NCBI GenBank assembly: GCA_017645945.1 | Contig: JAGCNL010000034.1 | Location: 1,503 to 65,502, forward strand | Direction: 5' to 3' | From: Salinivirgaceae bacterium | Lineage (GTDB): Bacteria; Bacteroidota; Bacteroidia; Bacteroidales; SZUA-534 | Length of the DNA: 64,000 nt | In this document: positions 27,870 to 38,391 of the stretch, one piece after another | Layout: the number at the start of each line of letters is the position of its first letter | Numbering within the stretch: the first letter of the stretch is position 1 | The notes under the pieces: model-generated | Database searches by the model: none | What the model was told of the DNA's origin: nothing | What the model saw: only the letters and a program-made list of their open reading frames with translations | Translations under genes and position numbers: made by a program

Positions 27870-29093
27870 CTAAATATGATATGTGCCTTCTAACGGACAA
27901 ATATTATGGCAATCAAGAATGACTTTGCCTTTCAGTTTATCCCAATTCTGCTTAATATGGTTGTGTTTAACCATTATTACAACCATATCAACTTCGCTTA
28001 AAAATTGGTCAAAATCAAGTATCTGATTCGGCACAATCTCCTTATTTGTGAAGAAAGGGTCGAATGTCTTAAGCGGACGAGCTAAATGACGCTCTTGAAT
28101 ATCGAGCATTTGAAGTGTCGGACTCTCGCGAATGTCATCAACATTCTCCTTATAAGTTAATCCATATAGTCCAACCCGACGGTTATCTGTGATTCCGTGT
28201 TCTTTCATAATCTCATAAATTCGCTCCAACACAAACACTGGTTGCGAGTCGTTGGTTCTCATGCTCTCGTCAATTACTTTTGCTAATTGCGGATAGTCGC
28301 CAACTAGAAACCAAGGGTCAACACTAATACAGTGTCCGCCCACACCAGGTCCAGGTTGCAAAATGTTCACACGCGGATGCATATTGCAAATCTTTATGAT
28401 TTCATACACATCCATGTTATCATGTCGGCATATTCTTGCCAACTCGTTGGCAAAGGCAATATTCACAGCACGGAATGTATTTTCCACCACTTTGGTCATT
28501 TCGGCCGTACGGATATCAGTAACAACTATTTCTCCTTGGCAGAACGACGCGTATAATTTTTTAACTTTTTCTCCAATCTCCTTATCATCGGCACCGATTG
28601 TACGATTGTTATGCAACAGTTCGTAAACCATATTTCCCGGGATAATACGTTCAGGTGCATGCACCAGATTAATATCTTCGCCTATCTTGAAACCGTTGTT
28701 CTCAACAACCGGGCGCACAAACTTGTCAATAGTGCCAGGGCTAACTGTCGATTCAATCACTACTATTGCTCCCTTCGGACAAACCTTCATTACTTCTTTA
28801 ACTGCTGCTACCACGTAGCAAGCGTCCACTTTCTTGCTGAATTTGTCATAAGGTGTTGGCACCGAAACAATGTATATGTCAGTTTTTTGGTACTCCGTTG
28901 TGAACTTAATGCCTTTGGCTATAGCTGATTGAAAAAGTTCATCCAACCCATCCTCTTTGAATGTGGTTTTGCCAGCATTCAGCGTTGCAACCAAATCTTT
29001 GTTGTAATCTGTTCCAATAACTTCGACACCATGCGAAGCCATCATCAATGCTGTGGGCAATCCTATGTAGCCCAGTCCAATTACGTTTATCAT
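27870..29093 (-). CDS. wecC: UDP-N-acetyl-D-mannosamine dehydrogenase-like nucleotide-sugar dehydrogenase
   Basis: N-terminus MINVIGLGYIGLPTALMMASHG, catalytic-region GPGVGGHCISVDP, and about 400 aa as in WecC/Cap5O. Confidence 0.8.
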   Translation of the reverse strand: MINVIGLGYIGLPTALMMASHGVEVIGTDYNKDLVATLNAGKTTFKEDGLDELFQSAIAKGIKFTTEYQKTDIYIVSVPTPYDKFSKKVDACYVVAAVKEVMKVCPKGAIVVIESTVSPGTIDKFVRPVVENNGFKIGEDINLVHAPERIIPGNMVYELLHNNRTIGADDKEIGEKVKKLYASFCQGEIVVTDIRTAEMTKVVENTFRAVNIAFANELARICRHDNMDVYEIIKICNMHPRVNILQPGPGVGGHCISVDPWFLVGDYPQLAKVIDESMRTNDSQPVFVLERIYEIMKEHGITDNRRVGLYGLTYKENVDDIRESPTLQMLDIQERHLARPLKTFDPFFTNKEIVPNQILDFDQFLSEVDMVVIMVKHNHIKQNWDKLKGKVILDCHNICPLEGTYHI

Positions 29094-29146
29094 ATTATTT
29101 CTCTATTATTTCAATACTTAACAACTATTGTCGTTCCCTATTTGTT

Positions 29147-29986
29147 TTAAAAAATACCGGCTTTATTATCATATGCATATTTCAAAAATTTTAGGAATGT
29201 TTTAAATCCAAATTCTTTCCACGCAATTCGCAAGCCGCCGAGTAATCTTATGTGATATTTGTATTTCCCTATCGATTTCAAATATTGGTTAACTCGTATC
29301 ATTACTTGAAATCGTATAAACCATATTTCCTCTGTTTTGGTATAAATCAAACTACTACCCATTTTACCTTCAGTCACCACATAAACTATAGCTTTATCAG
29401 CTGTAACTGTTTTTGCAGAATGTCCTGTGGTTACAGAAAACCAAATGTCATTGCTTGCTTTTATTTCATCGAACAAAAAGCCATTAGTTATTACAAAATT
29501 TCTATTAAACATTTTACTCCATGGGGTCACCCAATTATATCGAAGTTGACCTTCGGAACCTGTTTTTAAAAATTCATCAACCATTGAACTATATGGCACA
29601 TGTCGGTTTGATAACATTCCATCGCTCAATCTAATACTTGTTGGCTTAAAAAAAACAATGTCATAGTCTTTATCCAAATATTTATCAAATGCTGCAAAAG
29701 CTTCAGTTGTAAAGTAATCATCGGCATCAAGGAAAAGAATATAACGACCTTTTGCATATTGTAGCCCCACATTACGAGCACAACCAGCCCCTTTGGTTGG
29801 TGATGATGTTGTATATGTAACCATTGCCTGCACCTTTGTCGGAATTTGACCATGCGATAGGGGCTGTGGTGCATTGTCAATAATTATGATCTGTATGTCT
29901 TCACGGTCCGGTATGCTACCGATGGCCTTTACAAACAACTCATATTTATCACGATATGGAACAACAACTGAATAGTTATATGACAT
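29147..29986 (-). CDS. glycosyltransferase family 2
   Basis: N-terminal YSVVVPYRD..., with the DxD region ILFLDADDY. Confidence 0.75.
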   Translation of the reverse strand: MSYNYSVVVPYRDKYELFVKAIGSIPDREDIQIIIIDNAPQPLSHGQIPTKVQAMVTYTTSSPTKGAGCARNVGLQYAKGRYILFLDADDYFTTEAFAAFDKYLDKDYDIVFFKPTSIRLSDGMLSNRHVPYSSMVDEFLKTGSEGQLRYNWVTPWSKMFNRNFVITNGFLFDEIKASNDIWFSVTTGHSAKTVTADKAIVYVVTEGKMGSSLIYTKTEEIWFIRFQVMIRVNQYLKSIGKYKYHIRLLGGLRIAWKEFGFKTFLKFLKYAYDNKAGIF

Positions 29987-29988
29987 GA

Positions 29989-31308
29989 TTATTCTGTATT
30001 ATCATTGATACAAGTATTATTTACGGCCGTAATGGCAAATATGGCACTAAATAGTTCTATACTCTCGCGGAAATCGCAACTTACCATAATTCGAATGAAC
30101 AACGGAATAAACAAAAGAAAATAAAACATATTGGATTCGGTAAGGAAAAATAAACCCGTACGTTTCCGCACAAGTACTACTATTGCTATAGCAATAATGG
30201 TTATTGTCCCCACTAATCCCGTCTCACAAAGCGCCTCCAAAAAAAAATTGTGTGGCCAAGTATCACCCGTTATTGCTTGATATCCGCCAATACCTGCTCC
30301 ATATATAGGATGTTTAAGAAATATATTCCATGCGTCCAAATATTGTTCCTCTCTTCCAGCATCTCCTTCTTCCAAAGTATTAGTAATGGCATCACTCTGT
30401 ACATTCTCCAGTAGAATGTTTATAGCAAAAAATGCTACTATCAAACCTGTCGACATCCAAACAACACGAGCAATAGACATACGTTGTTGAAGATTCGATA
30501 CTGTAAATACAACCGCTCGAAGAGTAACAACTATTACAATTGCCAAAACAGCTTGACGACATCCTGACATCAACGTTGCATGTAACCCACAAATAATGAA
30601 TAAAATTGCCACCCCCTTTTTTATTTTTACTTGCGACAAAACGATTGCCACGGCATACGCCACCAACATACCTATATGTTGATATGTCACTACTGCGTTT
30701 GTTCCTCCATATTCCCTATATTCTCTATCTAATGCCGTTATTTGAGTGCGAAACCAGTTGTAATCATAAATCAGACCAGGCCTCAAATTTAAGACTGATA
30801 CCATATAAGCGAACATGCACACTGCTGCAACAAATAATAGTAGAAGTAATCCTTCCGCCTCTACTACAGAGCTTCGGCAATATGCATAGTAGCAAAATAC
30901 CATTATAAAACCATTATTGCACATGGCAGAATACTTATCAATAGCCCACTTATCTTGTGGACCTATAATATAAAATATGCCAAAAACTGATAGAAGCAAA
31001 GCCATTAATCCCAAAGCCCGTAAATTGTTGCGGAATAAATCCGTAATTAAATCCCAAATAAGTAGAAATCCGATTAACTGAAAAAGCAAACCATATACGG
31101 GCAGAAAAGGATACATCGTACGAATAACTCCTCCAAACGGGCCTCCATACATTATAAGGAATATGCCAATCGTATGTCTGTTTGTCATAAACAAAAGTGG
31201 CAATAATGTAGCAAAGGCAATATTGAAGTTGGTATAACCTAATGATATGCCAATTAACAACAACGGAATGAAAATGTAATATGCTTTAAACAAAGAACTT
31301 TTTGGCAT
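29989..31308 (-). CDS. wzy: O-antigen polymerase/ligase-like membrane protein (Wzy)
   Basis: Polytopic (about 11 TM) with one large loop (GAGIGGYQ...WPHNFFLEA), typical of the Wzy_C/O-antigen ligase family. Confidence 0.65.
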   Translation of the reverse strand: MPKSSLFKAYYIFIPLLLIGISLGYTNFNIAFATLLPLLFMTNRHTIGIFLIMYGGPFGGVIRTMYPFLPVYGLLFQLIGFLLIWDLITDLFRNNLRALGLMALLLSVFGIFYIIGPQDKWAIDKYSAMCNNGFIMVFCYYAYCRSSVVEAEGLLLLLFVAAVCMFAYMVSVLNLRPGLIYDYNWFRTQITALDREYREYGGTNAVVTYQHIGMLVAYAVAIVLSQVKIKKGVAILFIICGLHATLMSGCRQAVLAIVIVVTLRAVVFTVSNLQQRMSIARVVWMSTGLIVAFFAINILLENVQSDAITNTLEEGDAGREEQYLDAWNIFLKHPIYGAGIGGYQAITGDTWPHNFFLEALCETGLVGTITIIAIAIVVLVRKRTGLFFLTESNMFYFLLFIPLFIRIMVSCDFRESIELFSAIFAITAVNNTCINDNTE

Positions 31309-31315
31309 ATAACTC

Positions 31316-32569
31316 CTATCTAAAAAATGAAATACTAAAAACTCTTCTTTTTAGGTTGTGTAGTTCAGCGTAACCGTTAGGCCCGATAAGAAAAAGACCT
31401 AATTCAACTTTCTTCTCAAGTTTTGACTTCGGTTTTATAGTTTCCATATCATAATACTCTAATCGTTGACTTGCTTCTTTGAGAAAATCCAAATGAGATT
31501 TGAAATCCGGCAAATCTGCTTGATAATTGGAAGGTAATTTTGTATACTTTTTATCAATAAGAATTTGATTTAATATATCATCGAGTTTTTGTGGCGATTC
31601 ATCCTCACCTCTGAAAAGAAAATTTTGTGTAGTGCGGCCTAATATTCCAATGGGTTGAAAGTCCTTGCCATCATAAGTAATAGTTGGAACCCCCGAGCGT
31701 TTACTTACAATACTACTGCCAGATGAACTTATTATAACATGGCACATTTCCAACAAACGTGTAGGTACGGGATATAGATATCCTGTTATTATTAATTCCA
31801 CATTGTTGTTTTTTTGTACTCGCTCTTTAACCTTAGATATAATAGGTGCATCTTTGGGTGCATCACCAATCCATAAGAGCAAAAACTTTTTATTCTGATG
31901 TAAAGATGCAAAATTGCACACATCGTCCACAACGTAAGGTACATATGGTTTGTCCAAACGACTTAATGCCCCCACAATATGATCGTAACAGTTACTATCT
32001 ATTTGATGAAGAAATAAACAATCCACATCCGCTTCCACATTGCTACAATGTGCAGATAAACAATAAGACTCACCGTCTGGTATAGGATGAAATGGTTTAA
32101 ACATATCAGATATGGTTCGAGTTGTTATACCAACTAGTTCATGTCGTGAATGTTTAAATAAAAAATATTCGCGCAGCCCCTGATTATCCACATCGTTTCT
32201 CTCTTGCAAAAGGTAAACGATGTGCCGTGCACCAACCTTTTGTGCAACGGTTTCCGCCCATGTACTTTGAACAATGCTTGTCGACTCTATAATTATTTCT
32301 TCATAATCTCTGTCCGCTACTATTTTACTTAGTTTCTCAGAAATACGTTTTTGTATACCTTTACGATAATAATACTTACAATATTGCAGTTCAGGAATTA
32401 TGTGATTAATCTCTTTCAATTCGGGTATAATGATATTTTTTGCTTTCGCCGCAGTAATTGTCACACTCCATCCCTGATTACGCAGATAAAGCATTTTGTT
32501 GCGTATATACATTTGTGCTCCACCCATATTTGATAAGGAATCTGCTATAATCACATATCTTTTCCCCAT
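31316..32569 (-). CDS. hypothetical protein, possibly a divergent GT-B glycosyltransferase
   Basis: The only hint is the N-terminus (IADSLSNMGGAQMYIRNKMLYLRNQGWSV), which resembles GT4 N-domains. No firm motif. Confidence 0.3.
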   Translation of the reverse strand: MGKRYVIIADSLSNMGGAQMYIRNKMLYLRNQGWSVTITAAKAKNIIIPELKEINHIIPELQYCKYYYRKGIQKRISEKLSKIVADRDYEEIIIESTSIVQSTWAETVAQKVGARHIVYLLQERNDVDNQGLREYFLFKHSRHELVGITTRTISDMFKPFHPIPDGESYCLSAHCSNVEADVDCLFLHQIDSNCYDHIVGALSRLDKPYVPYVVDDVCNFASLHQNKKFLLLWIGDAPKDAPIISKVKERVQKNNNVELIITGYLYPVPTRLLEMCHVIISSSGSSIVSKRSGVPTITYDGKDFQPIGILGRTTQNFLFRGEDESPQKLDDILNQILIDKKYTKLPSNYQADLPDFKSHLDFLKEASQRLEYYDMETIKPKSKLEKKVELGLFLIGPNGYAELHNLKRRVFSISFFR

Positions 32570-32581
32570 AAATATAATTGT

Positions 32582-34036
32582 TTAGTTACGTTTGAATTTC
32601 GCAAATATTGGCATAAGTAATGCCTTGGTATCCCGATACTCATCTAAATTGGTGACAATGCATATTGAAAATAATATACCTGCACCCAATACGATTTGTA
32701 TGGGAAGAATAATCCAATTACTAATTGGTAAATATTTCAAGAAATAAACTGAAAGAGATGTAACAATGGCAATTCCATAACTACTAGAAATATCTTTCAA
32801 TTGCATTAGTGATGAATAACCGACACATTTCCCAGAGTAATAACTATTAAGGAAAAATGACATTATTCCTATTACAATGTTAATGTAAAGCATTGGAATA
32901 ACACCGACAAAAGCCCCTACAAAAAGTGGAATTAAACCGATTATTTTTTTGATTACTTCCAAACCAAGAAACAAATCGCTTCTGCCTTGTACTTGTAGCA
33001 TATTCAGATTAATTGCATGTAGTGGATAAAGTGAACCAGCAATACATATTAAAGGCAAATAAGTCGCAGCCTCACTCCATTTTGATCCAATTAAACAATA
33101 TAATAATGGCTCACTAATTGCCCCAAGAAAAAACATACTCGTTGCCGTAATAAACATTGTTGTTTTGATGATTCGACGATACGCACTTATCAAACGAAGG
33201 TTATCATCTTGAATATTACTTAAAACAGGGAATGTTACTCTTTGTATTACACCGGTTAAATTGCTTGAAAATAACGAAGAAAAGTGGGTTGCACGAGTGT
33301 ATTGCCCCAATATCGCCGGATTATAAAATTTCCCAATAACAACTTGATTTAATTCTCTCCAAATAGTGTCCAACAAACTACTTGTCATAAGTTTCCAACC
33401 AAAACCAAATAATTCTTTAAAACTACTTTTAGAAAAATAAATTTGGGGAATCCAATGGTTGTATTTCCAAAGAAGTATCGTACGCACAATTTGACCGACA
33501 AGGCTTTGTGTCACTAAAGCCCACACGCCATACCCCAAAAGAGCCATAATAATTCCAAATAGACCACTTATAATAGAAGCATAAATAGTTATTTTAGTTT
33601 GAGTTTTAAAATCAATCTGTTTGGTTAGACGTGTTTGCTGTATAATCGCAAGTGCACCTATTATCATTCCCAAAGATGATACTCGCGTCAAGGAAACCAA
33701 TTCTTTCCTCTCAAAAAAATCAGCTATGAACGGTGCACAACAAAATAATACAGCATAAAGCAGCAAACTCATTCCAAAGTTGATAATGAACACTGTATTG
33801 TAATCGTTGTTTGTTACATCTTTCTTTCGTATGAGTGCATTTGTAAACCCACCATTGATCAGCGTTGTACAAATTGCAGTAAAAACAGCAATAAGTCCCA
33901 ATAATCCATAATCATCAGGTGATAACAGTCTCGCAAGTACTATACTTACAACAAATGTTACGGCATATTGTGTTATATTATCTATGCCGCTCCATGCCAC
34001 ACCTTTTATGGTTTTATCCTTTAAACTCTCTGCCAT
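32582..34036 (-). CDS. wzx: polysaccharide flippase (MOP/Wzx family)
   Basis: 484 aa with about 12-14 TM helices. The N-terminus (KGVAWSGIDNITQYAVTFVVSIVLARLLSPDDYG) is typical of Wzx. Confidence 0.8.
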   Translation of the reverse strand: MAESLKDKTIKGVAWSGIDNITQYAVTFVVSIVLARLLSPDDYGLLGLIAVFTAICTTLINGGFTNALIRKKDVTNNDYNTVFIINFGMSLLLYAVLFCCAPFIADFFERKELVSLTRVSSLGMIIGALAIIQQTRLTKQIDFKTQTKITIYASIISGLFGIIMALLGYGVWALVTQSLVGQIVRTILLWKYNHWIPQIYFSKSSFKELFGFGWKLMTSSLLDTIWRELNQVVIGKFYNPAILGQYTRATHFSSLFSSNLTGVIQRVTFPVLSNIQDDNLRLISAYRRIIKTTMFITATSMFFLGAISEPLLYCLIGSKWSEAATYLPLICIAGSLYPLHAINLNMLQVQGRSDLFLGLEVIKKIIGLIPLFVGAFVGVIPMLYINIVIGIMSFFLNSYYSGKCVGYSSLMQLKDISSSYGIAIVTSLSVYFLKYLPISNWIILPIQIVLGAGILFSICIVTNLDEYRDTKALLMPIFAKFKRN

Positions 34037-34178
34037 ATTTATTTAAGCACTAAATATATAAGTGCTAAAAAATGTAAAATGTCTATTGTTTTTTCTTATT
34101 TCTTTTTATGGTATCCGCGGATACAATGTTCTATTAAGCGTTGCAGATTTTCCATAAGTATGAATCTCTAGCAAGTAC

Positions 34179-34727
34179 TTATTTATTGCAAGTCAGTTTG
34201 TTCAACAAACCATTCTTTCGCATTTTGATTTTACGAGCAGGTATTCCTACGTTTATCGACCATGGCTCAAGATTACTATTAACTAATGTCAAAGAACCAG
34301 TTACTGCTCCTTCTTCAATGGTAATTGCCGGGAAAACAATGGTGTTAGCACCTAATTGTGAGTATTTTTTCATTGTTACCACCCCGCCAGTAACATTTGT
34401 TAATTGTCGTGGATGCACAGGTCCAATTAAATAGTCGCCACCAAAATCGTCCATAGCAGAAAAAATGGTACATCTTGGTGATATTCCAGTGTAGTCTTCC
34501 AAAACTATTCCATTCGCACCATAAAGTGCACTATACGCGGAAATATGCACATTCGAGCCAATCGTAATATTTCCTGACAAAATACAGAAATCGTCGATAC
34601 GCACATTATTGCCTATCGATATACTATCAGGGGAATATATGGAACATTTTCGGCTAATCAGAACATTGTCTCCCACATGTTTTAACCCGACATTTCTAAG
34701 TTCACTATCTGAATAAAAACTGCCCAT
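34179..34727 (-). CDS. hexapeptide-repeat sugar N-acetyltransferase
   Basis: LbH repeats (IGNNVRIDDFCILSGNITIGSNVHI). It lies directly downstream of, and abuts, a DegT-type aminotransferase. Confidence 0.7.
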   Translation of the reverse strand: MGSFYSDSELRNVGLKHVGDNVLISRKCSIYSPDSISIGNNVRIDDFCILSGNITIGSNVHISAYSALYGANGIVLEDYTGISPRCTIFSAMDDFGGDYLIGPVHPRQLTNVTGGVVTMKKYSQLGANTIVFPAITIEEGAVTGSLTLVNSNLEPWSINVGIPARKIKMRKNGLLNKLTCNK

Positions 34728-35840
34728 CTATTTTCTAATACAAGTTATTACTCGTTCCACATCATCATTTTTCAACCCTGCATACATTGGCAAACAAATC
34801 ACCTCATTAGCCATACGAGTGGCTACTGGAAGATTTGCAGGATTTGCCGATTCCAACCCTTTGTAGGCGCTAAACGTGCTTATTAGCGGATAAAAATAAC
34901 GCCGTCCGAATATGTTTTGTTCTTTAAGTTTTTCATAGAGTGCGTCACGGCTTATGCCATATTGCGTTTCATCAACGAATATAGGGAAATAGGCATAATT
35001 GTGTCGTACACCATCAATGTCATACATCATGCGAATGCCTGGAACGTCCTTTAACGCTACGCGATACCTTTCGGCAACAATTTTGCGTTTTGCTATGGCA
35101 GCATCAACTTGTTTCAAATTTAAAAGCCCGTATGCAGCACGAATTTCATCCATCTTGCTGTTAATACCCGGTGCAACCACAGTGGTCTCACCTGCAAACC
35201 CAAAATTCTTTAGGTAATCGATTCGTTTTTTAGTTGCGGCATCATGGCATACAAGGGCTCCGCCCTCAACAGTGTTATAAACTTTGGTGGCATGAAAACT
35301 GAGTGTACTCATATCGCCAGCATTAAGCACTGATTCTCCATTAATCTTAACGCCGAAGGCATGAGCGGCGTCGTAGATTACCTTTAGCCCGTATATGTCG
35401 GCTATTTCTTGAATGCGTTTCATATTGCATGGCGTTCCATAGACATGAACAGGCATAATGGCTGTTGTATGGGGCGTAATGGCAGCTTCAATTTTTTCAG
35501 GATCAATATTTCCCGTCTCTTCTTCAACATCAACAAATACAGGCCTTAACCCATTCCACCAAATAGAATGAGTTGTTGCCACAAAACTATATGGGGTGGT
35601 GATGACTTCGCCCGTTATGCGTAACGCTTGAAGAGCCGTGATAAGTGGTAACGTACCATTAGTAAACAGACTAAGATATTCCACGCCTAAATATTTTGCC
35701 AACGCTGTCTCTAATTCCATATGATAGTGGCCATTGTTGGTGAGCCACTTGCGTTGCCAAATATCCTCAAGAAGCTTCTCAAATTCTTGTAAGTCTGGCA
35801 ACAACGGCGAAGTAACGGTTATTGTTTTGTTCTCGCTCAT
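34728..35840 (-). CDS. DegT/DnrJ/EryC1/StrS-family sugar aminotransferase
   Basis: 370 aa with conserved blocks (DAAHAFG, STLSFHATKVYNTVEGG including the PLP lysine). Confidence 0.85.
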   Translation of the reverse strand: MSENKTITVTSPLLPDLQEFEKLLEDIWQRKWLTNNGHYHMELETALAKYLGVEYLSLFTNGTLPLITALQALRITGEVITTPYSFVATTHSIWWNGLRPVFVDVEEETGNIDPEKIEAAITPHTTAIMPVHVYGTPCNMKRIQEIADIYGLKVIYDAAHAFGVKINGESVLNAGDMSTLSFHATKVYNTVEGGALVCHDAATKKRIDYLKNFGFAGETTVVAPGINSKMDEIRAAYGLLNLKQVDAAIAKRKIVAERYRVALKDVPGIRMMYDIDGVRHNYAYFPIFVDETQYGISRDALYEKLKEQNIFGRRYFYPLISTFSAYKGLESANPANLPVATRMANEVICLPMYAGLKNDDVERVITCIRK

Positions 35841-36004
35841 GTTTTAATATGATCAAAATTGTTAATATTCAAATTATTACAAATACGGCATTATGTCCAT
35901 AATATGGGAAAAATTACAAAAGAAACCTATTAAGAACTAAATCTCTTAAGTAATTTCCATAACATCGGGTTAATAACGGTTTTGCTACTTATAGCCATTA
36001 AAAA

Positions 36005-37153
36005 CTATATCAATGCGTCAACAATTCTACCACACGCCTTACCATCACCATAAGGATTCACGGCTTTGCTCATTTTATCATAATAAGCGGAATCATCCAA
36101 TAGTCGGCTAACCTCACTCACAATCAAGTCATGATTGGTGCCAACAAGTTTCACTGTTCCCGCATCAAGAGCTTCGGGCCGCTCGGTGGTATTACGCATA
36201 ACAAGCACCGGCTTGCCCAAACCAGGTGCTTCCTCTTGTATGCCGCCGCTGTCGGTAAGCACTACGGTGCTTTTCTCCATCAGATATACAAATTCAAGGT
36301 ACTGCAGCGGCTCAATGAAAAAGAAGTTATGGTATACGGTCAAATCATCGCCAAACACTTCGTGAATGGGTTTTCTGACATTGGGGTTTAAGTGCATCGG
36401 ATACACAAAATCAACATCAGGGTATTTTTCACTTAAATCTTTCATGGCGGTCACCATGCTAATGAACCCATCGCCGAAATTCTCTCTGCGGTGCCCTGTT
36501 ATCAATACTAGTTTTCGGCCATTGGCAAGTCGAGTTACATCGTAGCCTGCATTGGCAAGCACCTTCACCTGTTCGTCGGCAAGAGCCTTATCGCTTTTCA
36601 GTTTGTTCACCACCATGTGTAAGGCGTCGATAACCGTGTTGCCTGTCACATATACACTGCCTTGCGCTTTTTCCTCTTCAAGATTTCTTTTTGAAAGCGG
36701 TGTGGGTGCAAAGTTGTAAGTGGCTATGCGCCCTGTAATCTGTCGGTTCATCTCTTCGGGCCATGGACTGTAAATGTTCCGTGTCCGCAAACCCGCCTCA
36801 ACGTGCCCTACATGAATCTGCTGGTAAAAGGCCGCCAAGGCTGCGGCTGTGCTTGTTGTGGTATCACCATGCACAAGCACCACATCGGGTTGGACTTTTG
36901 AAAGCACATCGCGCATTCCTGTGAGCACTCGTGCTGTAACATCGTACAAGTCTTGGCCTTGCTTCATAATGTTCAAGTCGTAGTCGGGCACAACATCAAA
37001 AATGCGCAATACCTGGTCGAGCATTTCTCGGTGCTGACCTGTCACGCATACTATGGTTTCAAATTCTTTCGGATATTTTTGGAACTCTTTCACCAATGGG
37101 CACATCTTTATCGCCTCTGGCCGCGTTCCAAAAACTAGCATTATTTTTTTCAT
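36005..37153 (-). CDS. wecB: UDP-N-acetylglucosamine 2-epimerase (non-hydrolysing)
   Basis: MKKIMLVFGTRPEAIKM..., HVEAGLRT, DSGGIQEEAP. The start at 37153 is preferred over 37195, which would overlap the upstream gene. Confidence 0.9.
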   Translation of the reverse strand: MKKIMLVFGTRPEAIKMCPLVKEFQKYPKEFETIVCVTGQHREMLDQVLRIFDVVPDYDLNIMKQGQDLYDVTARVLTGMRDVLSKVQPDVVLVHGDTTTSTAAALAAFYQQIHVGHVEAGLRTRNIYSPWPEEMNRQITGRIATYNFAPTPLSKRNLEEEKAQGSVYVTGNTVIDALHMVVNKLKSDKALADEQVKVLANAGYDVTRLANGRKLVLITGHRRENFGDGFISMVTAMKDLSEKYPDVDFVYPMHLNPNVRKPIHEVFGDDLTVYHNFFFIEPLQYLEFVYLMEKSTVVLTDSGGIQEEAPGLGKPVLVMRNTTERPEALDAGTVKLVGTNHDLIVSEVSRLLDDSAYYDKMSKAVNPYGDGKACGRIVDALI

Positions 37154-37163
37154 ATTCAATTCG

Positions 37164-38348
37164 TTATATTCTAAACTCTTGGGGTTGCCTTCCATTCCAA
37201 ATAATAAGACATTGTGCTAGAGCCTTCATAAAGTCATTCATCTCTTCCATGTCATCACCTGAACATGCTTTATCTGAACCGCCCCAATTAGATTTTGCAT
37301 GAACAATGCGATTACGAGTTTCATAAATCACTTCTCCCAATTCATCTTTAATCTTGGCAATAATTGAATCGGCACAATTTCCTATTTCGTCAATTTTAAA
37401 AGAGCATTTACGACTAATGTTTATTTGTACCTCTTCTGGTAATAAATCGAAAATTGGAATAATATCCACACATTCTTGCAACACTGTCTTGCACAACTCC
37501 TTATCCTTCAAAGACGTTTGATAATGCTTTGCCAATTCAAGCAAAGAATCAAGATATTGACAATCCCTATTCACTATTGAAAGAGTATCCAGCCGTTGAT
37601 TTAACATTTCATAAGCCATCTTCTTGGATACTCTTGGCGAAAAGTGTTCTACGATTTTATATAAATGATGAAATTGAATATCAGGATCATTAATTCGTAG
37701 GGCATTAGCATAATACCTCATGGCTTCAGAATATGGTATAAGGGAATCTTTTTGCAATTGATACGGTTCAGACGGTTCCTCGCCCGTAATATCTTCCCAA
37801 GAATCAAACGTGCCGACCTCAATAGATATATCGTATTTGGCAGCAATCTGGTAAAGAAATCTCTCTATAATTTTATCTTCTTCATCTTTGGTGTATCGCT
37901 GTTCTGTTTTATAACGTAGTTCTAAAGCGGTATACATCGAACATGGGGAAACTCCAAATTCTTCGTTATAGATACCTTCTTTTGAAGCTACCAAACCAAT
38001 CAAGACAGGATTATAAATAATCTCCATGTCTATCAAGTCATCACTATATCTTACATTGGGCGCAAGATGGTCCAAATAGTAACAGTCAACGTTTAGTATT
38101 GTCTGACGGATATGGTTCATCCGAACAGTAGAGTCATCTTCTTTATTTAAACCATCCAAGTTGCTTGTGTAAAGCATAAAGTCGTCAACAGATATGGGTT
38201 CTTCTAAATTATCATCGGGATAATCAATGAAGATATACTCATCCCCTATCTTGATTTCATCTTCATCAAGGGGGTTGACGTTGAATTCATCATATAGCCT
38301 TTCTAATCGGCTCTTGATAGTTTTTATATTTCTAGTTGAGACTTTCAT
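37164..38348 (-). CDS. 394-aa protein: acidic N-terminal domain of unknown type plus C-terminal HEPN-like domain
   Basis: C-terminal Rx4H motif in IYETRNRIVHAK, preceded by helical segments (AMRYYANALRINDPDIQFHHLYKIVEHF), as in Apea/MAE_28990/Abi-type HEPN families. The N-terminal 200 aa are unrecognised. Confidence 0.5.
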   Translation of the reverse strand: MKVSTRNIKTIKSRLERLYDEFNVNPLDEDEIKIGDEYIFIDYPDDNLEEPISVDDFMLYTSNLDGLNKEDDSTVRMNHIRQTILNVDCYYLDHLAPNVRYSDDLIDMEIIYNPVLIGLVASKEGIYNEEFGVSPCSMYTALELRYKTEQRYTKDEEDKIIERFLYQIAAKYDISIEVGTFDSWEDITGEEPSEPYQLQKDSLIPYSEAMRYYANALRINDPDIQFHHLYKIVEHFSPRVSKKMAYEMLNQRLDTLSIVNRDCQYLDSLLELAKHYQTSLKDKELCKTVLQECVDIIPIFDLLPEEVQINISRKCSFKIDEIGNCADSIIAKIKDELGEVIYETRNRIVHAKSNWGGSDKACSGDDMEEMNDFMKALAQCLIIWNGRQPQEFRI

Positions 38349-38391
38349 ACTTTTTATCTCTTTTGCATTATCAAATTGTTATTTTCAACTA

